A DNA stretch of 30,860 nt, taken from assembly GCA_008690995.1 (NCBI GenBank), contig VRMN01000022.1, positions 62,001-92,860 on the forward strand, read 5' to 3'. The translations under genes were made by a program, and so were the position numbers. Numbering within the stretch: position 1 is the stretch's first letter; every line of letters begins with the position of its first letter. Of this stretch, positions 21,100-30,860 are shown piece by piece. Under the pieces are notes generated by a model. That model was not told the origin of the DNA. It did not search any database and worked only from the letters and a program-made list of their open reading frames with translations. Origin of the DNA: Porphyridium purpureum (lineage: Eukaryota).

Positions 21100-22300
21100 T
21101 CAGACGTTGATGTTGATAATATTTTTGATTTTCACCCTGTGCTGCAACTCTACATTAAGCGTGCCGTCCTTCAGAAAATTCGTCCAAAATCCGCTAGCGT
21201 TGGCCTTTGACCTCGTCAGAACATGTGCTGGATTGTACACGCCAGTCTTCATCCAGATTTTATCTATTGCCCATGTCGAATGCTTCACATCTTATATCAA
21301 GGGCTGCCACAATTCTCATCTCTCGTGCACTGAATTTGCAGCCGAGCGCGTCATACAGATTTTTCAAGGGTGTAAGTATCTTTAGAAAGCATGAATTAAT
21401 ATTCATCAAGTAATCCTTTTATCTTTTCTCCGATATTAAAAGTGTCTATGAACGTTACTAATTCGGTAACCAATACAGACTTCGTCCCATGCTTTGTGTC
21501 GTATGATGCACTTACCAAAGAATGTGCATCTGACCTCATCAATGACGGCGACTACAACAAAGACGGCGATCTCTTATTGCACCGTTCCTGGACACTCTGC
21601 TACGGTCTGGGGGGCTTCTGAGAACACCGTTACGTCAGGTTTTTTCGTCCGTACTTTGAAGCGTTTGGATACCGGCCCCGTAGTCCTTGCGCAACGTTTG
21701 TATCTTTTTGCATAGCCGCGCCAGCTTTGCAAGATCCTTAGCATCAGGTTTGACCATCTGTGCCGCCAAATTTGCGTGGATTCGCATGTCTGGTCAATTA
21801 TTGATCAGTATCCATGCAAGCCACATATTTTTTGGACCGGAGCGTCCAACGGGTCTTGCCGACAGAGATTGTATATTTGAGTTAGACATGAGCATTTCTC
21901 CACGAATTGGTGTTGTTCAAGAAGTATCATTTCGTTCACGTCGCAGAACGTGGTACTATCAAATTTGTACGGCACATTCTTCTGTTCTGAGGTCTCGAAT
22001 GACTTCACGACCAAGTCTTCTGCTATCGCAAGTGCTGAAATACCCGTGCAAAAAAAGTTATCCTACACGAGTACAATCATACCGTCGCCCACAAAGCGCA
22101 AAAAAGGCAACTATCGAGAAATGCGTGTCGCGTGAAAAGGCATTTTCTTGAGGACCTTGTCGACGGTCTTGTGCCAGTGACTTCTTTCGACGAGCCCGTA
22201 CAGTGGGGACAAGACGCGTGAACACAACTTGTCAGCTTCTGCGCCTCTTTGGCCACGGCCTTGGACAATACCCAGTACGGTGATCGAGAACGATGACACA
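21100..22300 (-). mobile_element. Second degenerate Copia (GalEa-like) fragment: RT plus RNase H
   Basis: RT RVLSPLYGLVERSHWHKT (~22165-22220), a decayed VDD region (GMIVLV*DNFFCTG), LAWIL...PD...A..AAQ (~21760-21825), and RNase H NLYDAL (~21345-21363) and WMKTGVYNPAHVLTR (~21210-21255). Confidence 0.78.
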
Positions 22301-22331
22301 ATTTACGAGTGCGCGTTGGGTTTGACTATAA

Positions 22332-23843
22332 GTGCGCTCGTATACGGTCTCGAAACCATATCCCGCTCCATTTCCCGGCGGGACCCACAGACCGTTCTAT
22401 CGGTGCATCAACAGCAGTCTGAAGAGTCTGACAAGCGACGACATGGTAATCACGAGACTGTACGACGCATCCCTGCGGGCGAATGGGATCATGACCCACA
22501 CGCTCCAGGTGCTCAAGTTGTACCCGCTCCATTTCCACGATAAGCGTGTCGCTCTGCCTACGATCGACCGCCCTTTCGTGGCCTCGGTGATGAAGATCCT
22601 GTAAGAGGAGCCCAAGTGCGGACAGCCGTCCAGCAAAGAGACCAAGCGCATCAAGAACACGGTGAAAGCGTTTTACAAGGTGCACTGCAAGCCTCATGTG
22701 GTAGGGCACCTCAACTACCGCCGCACGCACTCGGCACTAGAATACCTGGCGATTGACGTGATCACAATATACAAAAGCAATCTCAAGCACCAAATCGTGG
22801 AATGCATCGAGCGTTTCGTCAATGTATCGAAAGAGAAAAGCGCGCTGCTCGCGGTCATTCAAAAGCACAAGAATACCACCGGCCGGTATCAGGCGGCGGC
22901 CCAAAGCACTGTGTGCTCATATGCGGAAGATCAAGAACGACCTCCTGAGCCCCGAACATCCGAAGAAGGCATACCGGCTGTGCCACGCGTGGATCGACAA
23001 GCAGAGCCACAACGTGTTGCACTCAAAAGAAGCTTCGGAAGGACAGCAGTATCTACCACAACATGCAGAGTTCGCGGTAGGACTACCTTCCGCACATGCT
23101 GTACATGATGAAGGCCGTCGAGGCTCGGGATGCGAGCGCGAGCAGCGCGTCTTCCTTGCGGAGCCAAATCAGCCCGACGCATCCCCGTCTCGAAACGGTG
23201 TCGCTGGTCAACCTCTTTTTCTTTGCGTGTTGGGCAAGCGTGGTGATTGCACGAGAAAGGGTAGCCTGGTCCAGTACAAGGCGAATATCTGGGGCTTCTT
23301 CTTCAAGATCGATACGAAGTGCTTTCACCTCAGAGACGTCATACATGCACACACGTTTGACCACCAAATTGAGATAGACCGCGTACGGTGCAGCATCCTG
23401 CTGAAGTGGAGGGGCATGGTCGAAAAATCCGTCAAGGAACTGAAACCGGAGAAGGGCAGCGGCGAGACATACATCGATAAAGCAGAGGAAGATACGCCTC
23501 TGACTGACACACAGGTCGTCGCTGTAGATGCCAATCAATCTGACCCGCTGTACGGTGTGGCCAACGATACCAGGAGCAAACCAATTTTCACCCAGAACAC
23601 ACGCCGCAAGGAGACAAAGACAAACTTACCGCAACTACAAGCAACTCAAGCAAAAGGTGGCGGATGGTAAGCGCGTAGTGGAGAGGGAAGCGGAGCTGAG
23701 CGCCTGCAAGCGAAAGACGACGGACTTTTTCAAGTTCAAGGTGAACATCCAAAGAAAGAACGAGGTTCACGATCAGCTCGCGTCGTCTTTACAATGAGTC
23801 TATCTTCCGCAAGCTCAAGCTGGGAGACTACGTGCGGCTTTAA
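22332..23843 (+). pseudogene. Fanzor (eukaryotic TnpB/IS200-IS605-derived RNA-guided nuclease) pseudogene, frameshifted and 3'-truncated
   Basis: Joining frames gives: RCINSSLKSL...RANGIMTHTLQVLKLY...LPTIDRPF...LEYLAIDVITIYKSNLKHQ..E.IERFVNV...KIKNDLL...IWGFFFKID.KCF...HTFDHQIEID.V.CSILL...ETYID...VVAVDANQSD (RuvC-I Asp at 23527-23529)...FTQNTRRKETK...E.ELS..K.KT..F.KFK..I..KN...IFRKLKLGDY*. RuvC-II, the zinc finger and RuvC-III are absent. Confidence 0.82.
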
Positions 23844-25709
23844 ATCACGGACGTTCTTTGTTTGACCCCATTCGTCTAAACGACTCAAGTATTTTGAAAC
23901 CTGTAAGCCGATTGGCCACTTTGACGTGAAAGCGCTTTCAGAAACTTCTTTAGAGTCTAGAAAAGTCAAGACATGTTAAAACATAATGATTTTCTCAAAA
24001 TGTTGAAGTTCCTCTGAGGAGCTGTACCTCCACTGCACAGGCTTCACATGTCGTGCGGACTGCCGCTCGCTGCATTTGTCGTAGTCGTCCTCGAGAGCCG
24101 AAAAGCGCTGCCTCACCTCGTGCATATATTAGTGCGCCAAGTAGTCAGAGGTTCGCCGTGGTGCGCGGGGTTCTGGGGTGGAGATTAGCGTGGAGAATAT
24201 ATAAAACCAAATGTTTCTTGTGCTAACAAAGTGGCAAGGAGCTGAGAAGCCGCTTCCTGCGAAGTCGACCGCGCGTACGTTGTGAGAAATGCATTGGTGG
24301 CCGCATAGCAGCCTTCTCCGCATTGTGTAGGCCTCTCCCGGTTCGTCAAAACCCAGCGAAACCGGTAAAGTTTGCGGCAGACTTGCAATATCATTTCTCT
24401 CGGCGCCTTGTTGTCCCTGGCGGGAAGCAAGGGTATAAAAAGAAGACGCGCCTGCCCGGACTAGCCGGTCAGGTCTTGCCCGGAGAGAGAAGAGGTGAGA
24501 AGCAAAGAGTAAAAAGGCACAGCATTGGTAACATTCTGCAACCTCCTTGACCCTTTTTGCTCGGTTCGACGAAACTCTTCGTGCACGCCTTGCGTTGAGT
24601 ACTTTTCTGGCCTTCGCGCATTTTGTCGACGCAAACCAGTCCCAAGAGAAGGGTACTCGAGCATAGCACTTGAGTTCTCGTGGCAATGATCCGAATGCCG
24701 CGTAAATGAATCACATTTTCGCCACAAGTATTGCAATTGGTGGAGCAGAACTTACTTCCAGGACAAGCGCTATGTGGATGCATGGTGCACTCCTCGCTGA
24801 AAGTAAAAACCTGTGAAGAGAGCGTTGCCACTTCGACACCCTGCTCCTTTGTGCAGGGGTTTCGTGAATGTTTTTAACTGGGCTTGTCTTTTGCCCTTCT
24901 CTCTTTATTGTCGGACTGGACAGGAGGCTGTGCTACGTGCTAGTTATATATCCTTCAACTTGCAACGGTCGTTCACAGACGGTCCTGACCCAAGGGGCAG
25001 TGACCGTTTGGCTTCACGATCAAGAGCACATGAAGCTGCTCTGAAAGACTATACAGTCCCTCTTCCCGTTACGCTCTTCGATTTTGTAACCGCACTCTTT
25101 ACCGAAAACGATTCATTGGAATTTCACACTGCTCAGGCTAGCCTGTCAGGTCCTGCTCAGCCAGAAGAGTGAGAAGAAGAGAAAGAGTGAGAGACCTTCA
25201 GTAAAGACCACTCGAGGACGCAGCTGGTAACAACTGAAGCTTGTCTGCTTGCACAGTCCGAGAAGCTGTCCGATGGGCTCGAGGAAAACATCATACCGAT
25301 TGGCGACTTTGACCAACGCAAGCCCCGCAAGAACAGAGAGTCTATCTGAGGGAAACGGTTCCGGATCATGTTTCGCAAGGCCGGCAATCAGCGTGTTTCT
25401 GGCAGACGAGTTCCTGACCAACTGCCATTGCAGTGCATACGGCGGTGGATGTAAGACGTGCAGAGTGTGCGAGAGCTTCAGACTGTATCGTAGCGCCAAA
25501 GTCCTGAGAAACAAACTCGTCGAGTGTGAGACTTGCTCGAGGCTGTAGAATAAAGTTCCGAGCGCCGCCTCAAACATTTAGAAGGTAGCGCTCAGCGCGA
25601 CTTTAGGCGAAGAGCGTCCGGACTACCTTTACATGAGTCAGAGACCACATCCGTGGTCCTAAATCGGTACCACAAAACCAAGGTTCACCTAGCGATGCAC
25701 GATAAAATA

Positions 25710-27323
25710 TCATCCGCTCAAAATGATGCGTCGCTTGTGCGCCGTGGTCAGATACGAATTGAGCAGCAGTAGAGATGCGTCGTTCAGCTGAGGTAATGGT
25801 GTGTTTTGGAGCAAAGCCATTAGCGCTGTTTCCCTTTCAGGGTGATCCGCGCCATGATTCACGTCTGCACCATGCCTTACAAGGTACGAAAACAAATCAT
25901 GGCGGACAGCCTGATGCAGTTGGGAATCGTGCCAGGCGACAATCAGGTCTAATGGACAATAACCGCGCCAGTCTGCCTGGTTCATAGGTATTTTGTGCGC
26001 AATGAGCCGCTGAATGATTGAGGAAATGCACGGCAACGTGATGGTCGAGCTCTCTTCGAAGGAAGCCAGCAGAATATGGAGCGCGTTTCTCCGACGACGC
26101 GTTTCCGTGATTGTCAGATCCGCATTGCGATCCAACAAAAGATGGACCATTGCCTTGTCTCGATTACGCACGGCAATGATGAGAGCTGAGGTGCCATTGT
26201 TGTCCAGCGCGTTGACATCCGCGCCGTACCGAAGAAGCAAGCGCGCGGTCGAGACATGGCGATTTTGGACGGCGCTCATGAACGCCGTATTGCCTGTGTT
26301 GTTCGTCTGGTCAATCAAGGCGCCTCTTCCGAGAAGGACGCACACGCTTGTGTTCACCCCGCACTTGGCGGCCAAATGCAAGGCTGTGTTGCCCGTGCGA
26401 TCGCACGCATTTATATGCGCGTCATAATCCAGTACAAGATTGATTGCTGCACAGATGTCGCTTCCTGACGGATTCTGGATCGAGGGCATGGCTGCTGCCA
26501 TTAATGGCGAACGCCCAAGATCGTCCTTGATCTCTGTGTATGCCCCGAATGCGAACAAAGAGCGCATACAAGAAACGTGACCATTTTGTGCGGCATGCAG
26601 AAGCGCGGACCGACCACGACAGTCCTGCAAGTTGACTTGCGCACCAGCCTCAAGCAACAAGACCAGGCAGTTTTCGTGGCCCTTGACGGAGGCCGACATT
26701 AGTGCCGAACGACCGGCATCGCTCTGATGGTCCACGTGCGCACCATTTTCCAACAGGAGGCGCACGCCCGAACTGTGTCCGTTTTCGGCAGCGAGAATAA
26801 GTGCAGACTGACCGAAGTAGTCATCTAGGTTGACTCGCGCAGACGCTTCCAGTAACAAACGCATGCATGACTCGCTACCTGTGACCGAGGCAATCAGAAG
26901 CGCCGAAAGACCGCGACCGTCTTGCATGTCTACTCGCGCTCCCGCTTCTAGTAAGGGACGCAAGCAGTCCTGTTGTCCACCTTTAGCTGCGGACATGAGC
27001 GCCGACTTCCGCTGCATGTTCTGCAAATCCACTTGCGCGCCTTTCTCAATTAAGATTCGGACACACGCAAGATTCCCGGCCTCGGCAGCGTACATGAGTG
27101 CGGATTGGCCGTCCGCGTCGAGCAAGTCAATATCGGCGCCGGCGTCCAGCAACGCGCAAACGCACGCATCCTGACCCGCCTGCGCGGCGCGCATCAGTGC
27201 CGTCTGGCCTCCAATCCCTCTGACATTCAAGTCGTCACAAGACGCAATACTTTCCTGCACAGCTGCCCAGTCCTGTGTTTCCGCTGCGTCCAGAAACGTA
27301 CACTGCCGCGACGCCTTGTCCAT
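25710..27323 (-). CDS. Ankyrin-repeat protein, 537 aa
   Basis: More than 10 tandem 33-aa ankyrin repeats (G.SALM.AA..G...C.R.LLEAGA.V..QD). Confidence 0.92.
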   Translation of the reverse strand: MDKASRQCTFLDAAETQDWAAVQESIASCDDLNVRGIGGQTALMRAAQAGQDACVCALLDAGADIDLLDADGQSALMYAAEAGNLACVRILIEKGAQVDLQNMQRKSALMSAAKGGQQDCLRPLLEAGARVDMQDGRGLSALLIASVTGSESCMRLLLEASARVNLDDYFGQSALILAAENGHSSGVRLLLENGAHVDHQSDAGRSALMSASVKGHENCLVLLLEAGAQVNLQDCRGRSALLHAAQNGHVSCMRSLFAFGAYTEIKDDLGRSPLMAAAMPSIQNPSGSDICAAINLVLDYDAHINACDRTGNTALHLAAKCGVNTSVCVLLGRGALIDQTNNTGNTAFMSAVQNRHVSTARLLLRYGADVNALDNNGTSALIIAVRNRDKAMVHLLLDRNADLTITETRRRRNALHILLASFEESSTITLPCISSIIQRLIAHKIPMNQADWRGYCPLDLIVAWHDSQLHQAVRHDLFSYLVRHGADVNHGADHPERETALMALLQNTPLPQLNDASLLLLNSYLTTAHKRRIILSG

Positions 27324-27329
27324 CGCGCC

Positions 27330-27386
27330 GGACGCAGCCGGACGCTGCCAGACGCTGCCAGACGGCGCTGGAAGCTACCAGACGCT
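27330..27386. repeat. Imperfect 10-bp tandem repeat (GACGCTGCCA)
   Basis: GACGCAGCCG GACGCTGCCA GACGCTGCCA GACG... directly upstream of the ankyrin ATG. Confidence 0.65.
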
Positions 27387-27533
27387 TCCTCCAGTTTGCC
27401 CGGGTCTTGGTTCTGATCGCGAGCACCTGCCTTTCATTGATCTATCGGCGGACTTCATTCAAATCCGACGTACGAGCGAACGCCTGCACGACGACAAGCC
27501 TAAAGCCTGCACGCAAACGTGTTGGGCGGCAAC

Positions 27534-29450
27534 ATGGTTTCACCGTGCTCTGCGGCACGAGCACGCGGGCTGTTACTGCGCGTGCAGAAGACCATGCGCG
27601 ACACGCCAGCGCGGGTTGCACTTGTGAGAAACATCTCGGCATACGCTCGAGTTGAGGACGACGTGCACAGGCACTGCAGGATATCGTGTGGGCGGACAAC
27701 GATTACACACGACAGATGCTGTGGTAGCAGCACAAACATGTCCAAGCCTGTGTCTCGATTTTCTAGACGTGCGCTGTCACGCGATGGTGGCGGCGAAGAA
27801 GCTCCAGCGTGTGCGTCATCCGTGTCGGCCGTGTATGCGGGGTCGTTCACGAGAGATTTTGGGCGGACGCGCTCATCGCTTTCCTCCTTGCCGTTGCGAG
27901 CAACAGCAAAAGCCATGGACCTGCCTGCAGCACACGTTGCGCGGAACAAAAGATGGATCAGCTCGTCGGCCATGTCGAGCGCATCGGACGACGACGAAGT
28001 TGAAGGATTCACTGAATATACATCTGCGGAAAGAGATGCAGATGAAAGGCGCCCATTGACGCTTTCCGAGCGACTCGTCAATCCGGAAGAGGTCGTGACT
28101 TTCAGAGACCCGAGCGGCAAGGTGATTCGCGGCCGAGTCGTACCGAGCGCGGAGCTCATGATCGAGAAGGCAAACAAGACGTTGTCTAGCGGCGAGTCTG
28201 GCGGTGCAGGTGCCGAAATGAAACACTGCGTCGAAAAGGGCGCAGACTTGGATGGAATACAGAATGACCATGGTCTCCTGGCGGCTGTTCCGCATGAGTC
28301 AGTTGACGATTGGCAGGAACTGGTGTCGAAGGCAGAGCGCGGAGAGCTGAACGACCCAGACGATCCAGGGCTGGCGGAAAAAGTGCTGGAGCTGAATCGA
28401 CTTTTCGCGGATGAGAAGACTTCAATCCAAACTATTGACGAAGTCCATGACTCGGGGAGCGAAGAGGCTCATGCGGCTTCAGGCGCTAATGAGTTTGGCT
28501 TTGAAGGTGATCCAAACGAGACGATTTCGAGCAGCTTGGAAGAGGCGAGCCAAATGGTGCACGAAGTTTCGTTTGATTTTTCGAACAAGAAGAGGGAAGT
28601 GCACAAGTGGAAAGTCGAGGACGAAGACGAACTCGAGGCAAATGATCCGTCATATTCGCGATTTGATGACACTGACTACATGGATAGCGAAACAAAAGAG
28701 CGCGCTATGAGGCATTCGGAGTCTCCCAAGGCTTCGTCTCCGCCAACAGGCGGCACCCCACAGCGTCTGGCCGACGCCGAGCAGTTCGAGATGGAAGTCG
28801 CTGCGGACAAGCGCAAGCTGGCGGTAGATTTGGCCAGCACTCATGGGTCGGAGCGCATCCGAAAACTTATCAAGCGGCGGCACCACTACACCGAACGCGA
28901 CGAAGCAAATGGGCCTTCTGCTTCAGTTGGCGCGGACAGTGCGGGAGCAAGACTGGCACGTGCGGCCCCTATGAAATCTGCTGCAGCAACGGGCACGCGC
29001 GGCAAAGCCAAGGCAGCCGACTCGCATATTTCTGCGCCGGCCCAATCAAGAGCCGCGGCCACTAGACGCCCGTCCTTGGCCCAACTGACTCGGCTACAAG
29101 ATGTGGTTCGGAAAGTTGCCGACCAGGCTTTGGCGCAACTGAGCTCACGGGCGGTGCACAAGACGCTTAGCATTCTCCGCGCTGAGGTGGCTGGTAACAT
29201 GCGCGCGGTAACCCTTGTGTGGACTCCGGGCGACTTCATGCTCGACATCGAGCTTCCTTCAGACCGCGAGGCACACCTTGAGCTTTTGGAAACCTTCCTA
29301 GAGTGCGAACTTCGTCCGCGCGTGCTCAAGGACCTCTGCATGCACATGCTTCCCAAGGCCGTGCCGGAGCTGACGTTCAAGAGGGCCGGCCACGGCGCGC
29401 AGCAGCACCTCGTCGACGCTATCTTTGCTCGCATTCGATCCGAAGCGTGA
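27534..29450 (+). CDS. Organelle-targeted protein with a C-terminal ribosome-binding factor A (RbfA)-like domain
   Basis: Arg/Ser-rich presequence-like N-terminus and long acidic middle. The C-terminus LSILRAEVAGNMRAVTLVW...LRPRVLKDLCMHMLPKAVPELTFK resembles the RbfA KH fold (V.I..V..S.DL..A.V.W...LR..PEL.F). First ATG at 27534. Confidence 0.7.
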   Translation: MVSPCSAARARGLLLRVQKTMRDTPARVALVRNISAYARVEDDVHRHCRISCGRTTITHDRCCGSSTNMSKPVSRFSRRALSRDGGGEEAPACASSVSAVYAGSFTRDFGRTRSSLSSLPLRATAKAMDLPAAHVARNKRWISSSAMSSASDDDEVEGFTEYTSAERDADERRPLTLSERLVNPEEVVTFRDPSGKVIRGRVVPSAELMIEKANKTLSSGESGGAGAEMKHCVEKGADLDGIQNDHGLLAAVPHESVDDWQELVSKAERGELNDPDDPGLAEKVLELNRLFADEKTSIQTIDEVHDSGSEEAHAASGANEFGFEGDPNETISSSLEEASQMVHEVSFDFSNKKREVHKWKVEDEDELEANDPSYSRFDDTDYMDSETKERAMRHSESPKASSPPTGGTPQRLADAEQFEMEVAADKRKLAVDLASTHGSERIRKLIKRRHHYTERDEANGPSASVGADSAGARLARAAPMKSAAATGTRGKAKAADSHISAPAQSRAAATRRPSLAQLTRLQDVVRKVADQALAQLSSRAVHKTLSILRAEVAGNMRAVTLVWTPGDFMLDIELPSDREAHLELLETFLECELRPRVLKDLCMHMLPKAVPELTFKRAGHGAQQHLVDAIFARIRSEA

Positions 29451-29565
29451 CTGTCGCCAGGCGCGAATCCGTGGAAGGACCGCACCAAAGGAGACAAGCC
29501 GTGCGGAGAAGAAGGAAAAGAACGACAGAGTGCTGGTGTGAAAGGGACGAGAAGGCTCATTCGTG

Positions 29566-30860
29566 ATGGAAGCGGAACCATACCAGCTGCGTTATGCTTG
29601 CAACAGATGCGCGAGCGCACTGTATGATGACGCGGCGGTGATCACAACTTGCGGTACGTGTTTGATGTGCATGAAGCGGTCGAGCGTTCCTTCTCGTCGC
29701 GCGGCGTGGCTTTTGATGGGTGGGGAGAGATGACGGGGTTCGTTTCATCACGGCAAAGCGTGGGTGCATGTCCTCTGCATGCATGAACGCGTGCGAGAGA
29801 TGGTCTCTCTGCCTCATTGACACGGGATTCTAACTAGTGCGAAAAAGCTCTTGCCGGGATTGGCGTGCATTGTCTTGACGAATTGCGTAGGACACTTTTT
29901 CTGCGTCGAGTGTATCAAGTACGAACGCGGGAAGGGCGCATACTGCCTGATTTGCAAGGCAGAATGCTCGTCCGGATTGCTTGCGGGTAAAGGCGCAAGC
30001 TATAATGAGCACGTGCGCACTATGGTGTTCGAAGATCCGATCGACACGCTGAAAAAGGCGCTGGAAGTGGCCAAGTTTGCCGAGTCGCACCGCCAGATCT
30101 TCGAAGGCGTCGTGCGAAACAAGATGCGCGCCATGAAAACAATGCTTGCTGATGTGCGCGAGCTTCAGGCGAGAAACCAAGCGTTGGAAGCCTCGGCGCA
30201 GCAGGCCCGCCTTGAAATGGAAAGCATGAAGAAGACAATCGATGAGCTCTTGGCTGAAAACCGTGCGCTGCAGGCACATGTTCAGAGAGCTTCCGTACCG
30301 TACGTGACAAATTCTTTCGAACTAGAGAAAGAAGAGTGGCATGCGCTGCTTGTTTTCGTCCAAAGCCTCGCAACAGTCTGAGACTAACTCTTGCGGCTGC
30401 GCGCTTCTCGAAATGGTGTACATGTGTTGGCTTCTTTCCCTCTCCAACGCCTTTTTTTTTTACTGAAAGACGCCGGGAGCCGCCTCGGCCTGCAGATGAT
30501 GTTGGTGTCGATGAGCACGCCTCTCTGACCGTCAAGGCGCAATGGCTCAAAAACATGGCTTTGGATCCAACGGTGCGCGCAAACCCAGACCAATACAAAT
30601 ATCGAAATAGAGGCGTGAAGCGGGGAGCTGAAGATCCGGCGTCGCACATGCTGCAGCAGCCGCAAACCGCAGAAAGCCGTGTGGCCGAGTCGCATCCTAA
30701 GCTGCGCCGCACCCTTTTTTCGCCAGCCGCGCCGCCATACCACATGAACTCAAACGCTGCGGCTCAGCACGCTCACGAATCGCTGCGTCGCGACCGGACA
30801 ACTCTGGTGAAAGAGCAAGGAGAACCGGGAAGAGACGGGCTCCGTGGGCGGCAGCCACTC
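29566..30860 (+). CDS. HEI10: HEI10/Zip3/RNF212-family RING E3 ligase. Spliced: exons 29566-29653, 29891-30299, 30470->window end
   Basis: Intron 1 (29654-29890, GTACGT...TAG) joins MEAEPYQLRYACNRCASALYDDAAVITTCG to HFFCVEC...CLICK, forming a complete C3HC4 RING followed by a coiled coil. Intron 2 (30300-30469, GTACGT...ACTAAC...T-tract...AAG) restores a frame that stays open to the window end. Confidence 0.8.

Noticed and set aside
29851..30381. 176-aa single-exon ORF as the complete RING gene
   Set aside because: It starts and ends inside introns; the spliced model explains the full RING.

Overview
Eukaryotic nuclear DNA, most likely from an intron-poor, GC-rich unicellular red alga (Porphyridium-like). 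This is inferred from a phycobilisome linker gene with an MAF- plastid transit start and from GTACGT introns. The left arm (1-8.3 kb) is gene-dense: a gene 3' end, a phycobilisome linker, a Deg/HtrA protease, a 57-aa COA3-like gene missed by the ORF track, a bacterial-type phosphatidylcholine synthase, and CbbY. The centre (~8.4-25.6 kb) is a visibly AT-richer nest of decayed mobile elements. It holds a Plavaka/CACTA-like transposase with 12-bp repeat arrays, two GalEa-type Copia relics, a MULE/SWIM transposase relic, and a frameshifted, 3'-truncated Fanzor (eukaryotic TnpB-family RNA-guided nuclease). The right arm carries an ankyrin-repeat gene, an RbfA-domain gene, and a spliced HEI10/Zip3-like meiotic RING gene that runs off the window. 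All family calls come from motif recognition by eye; no database search was run.
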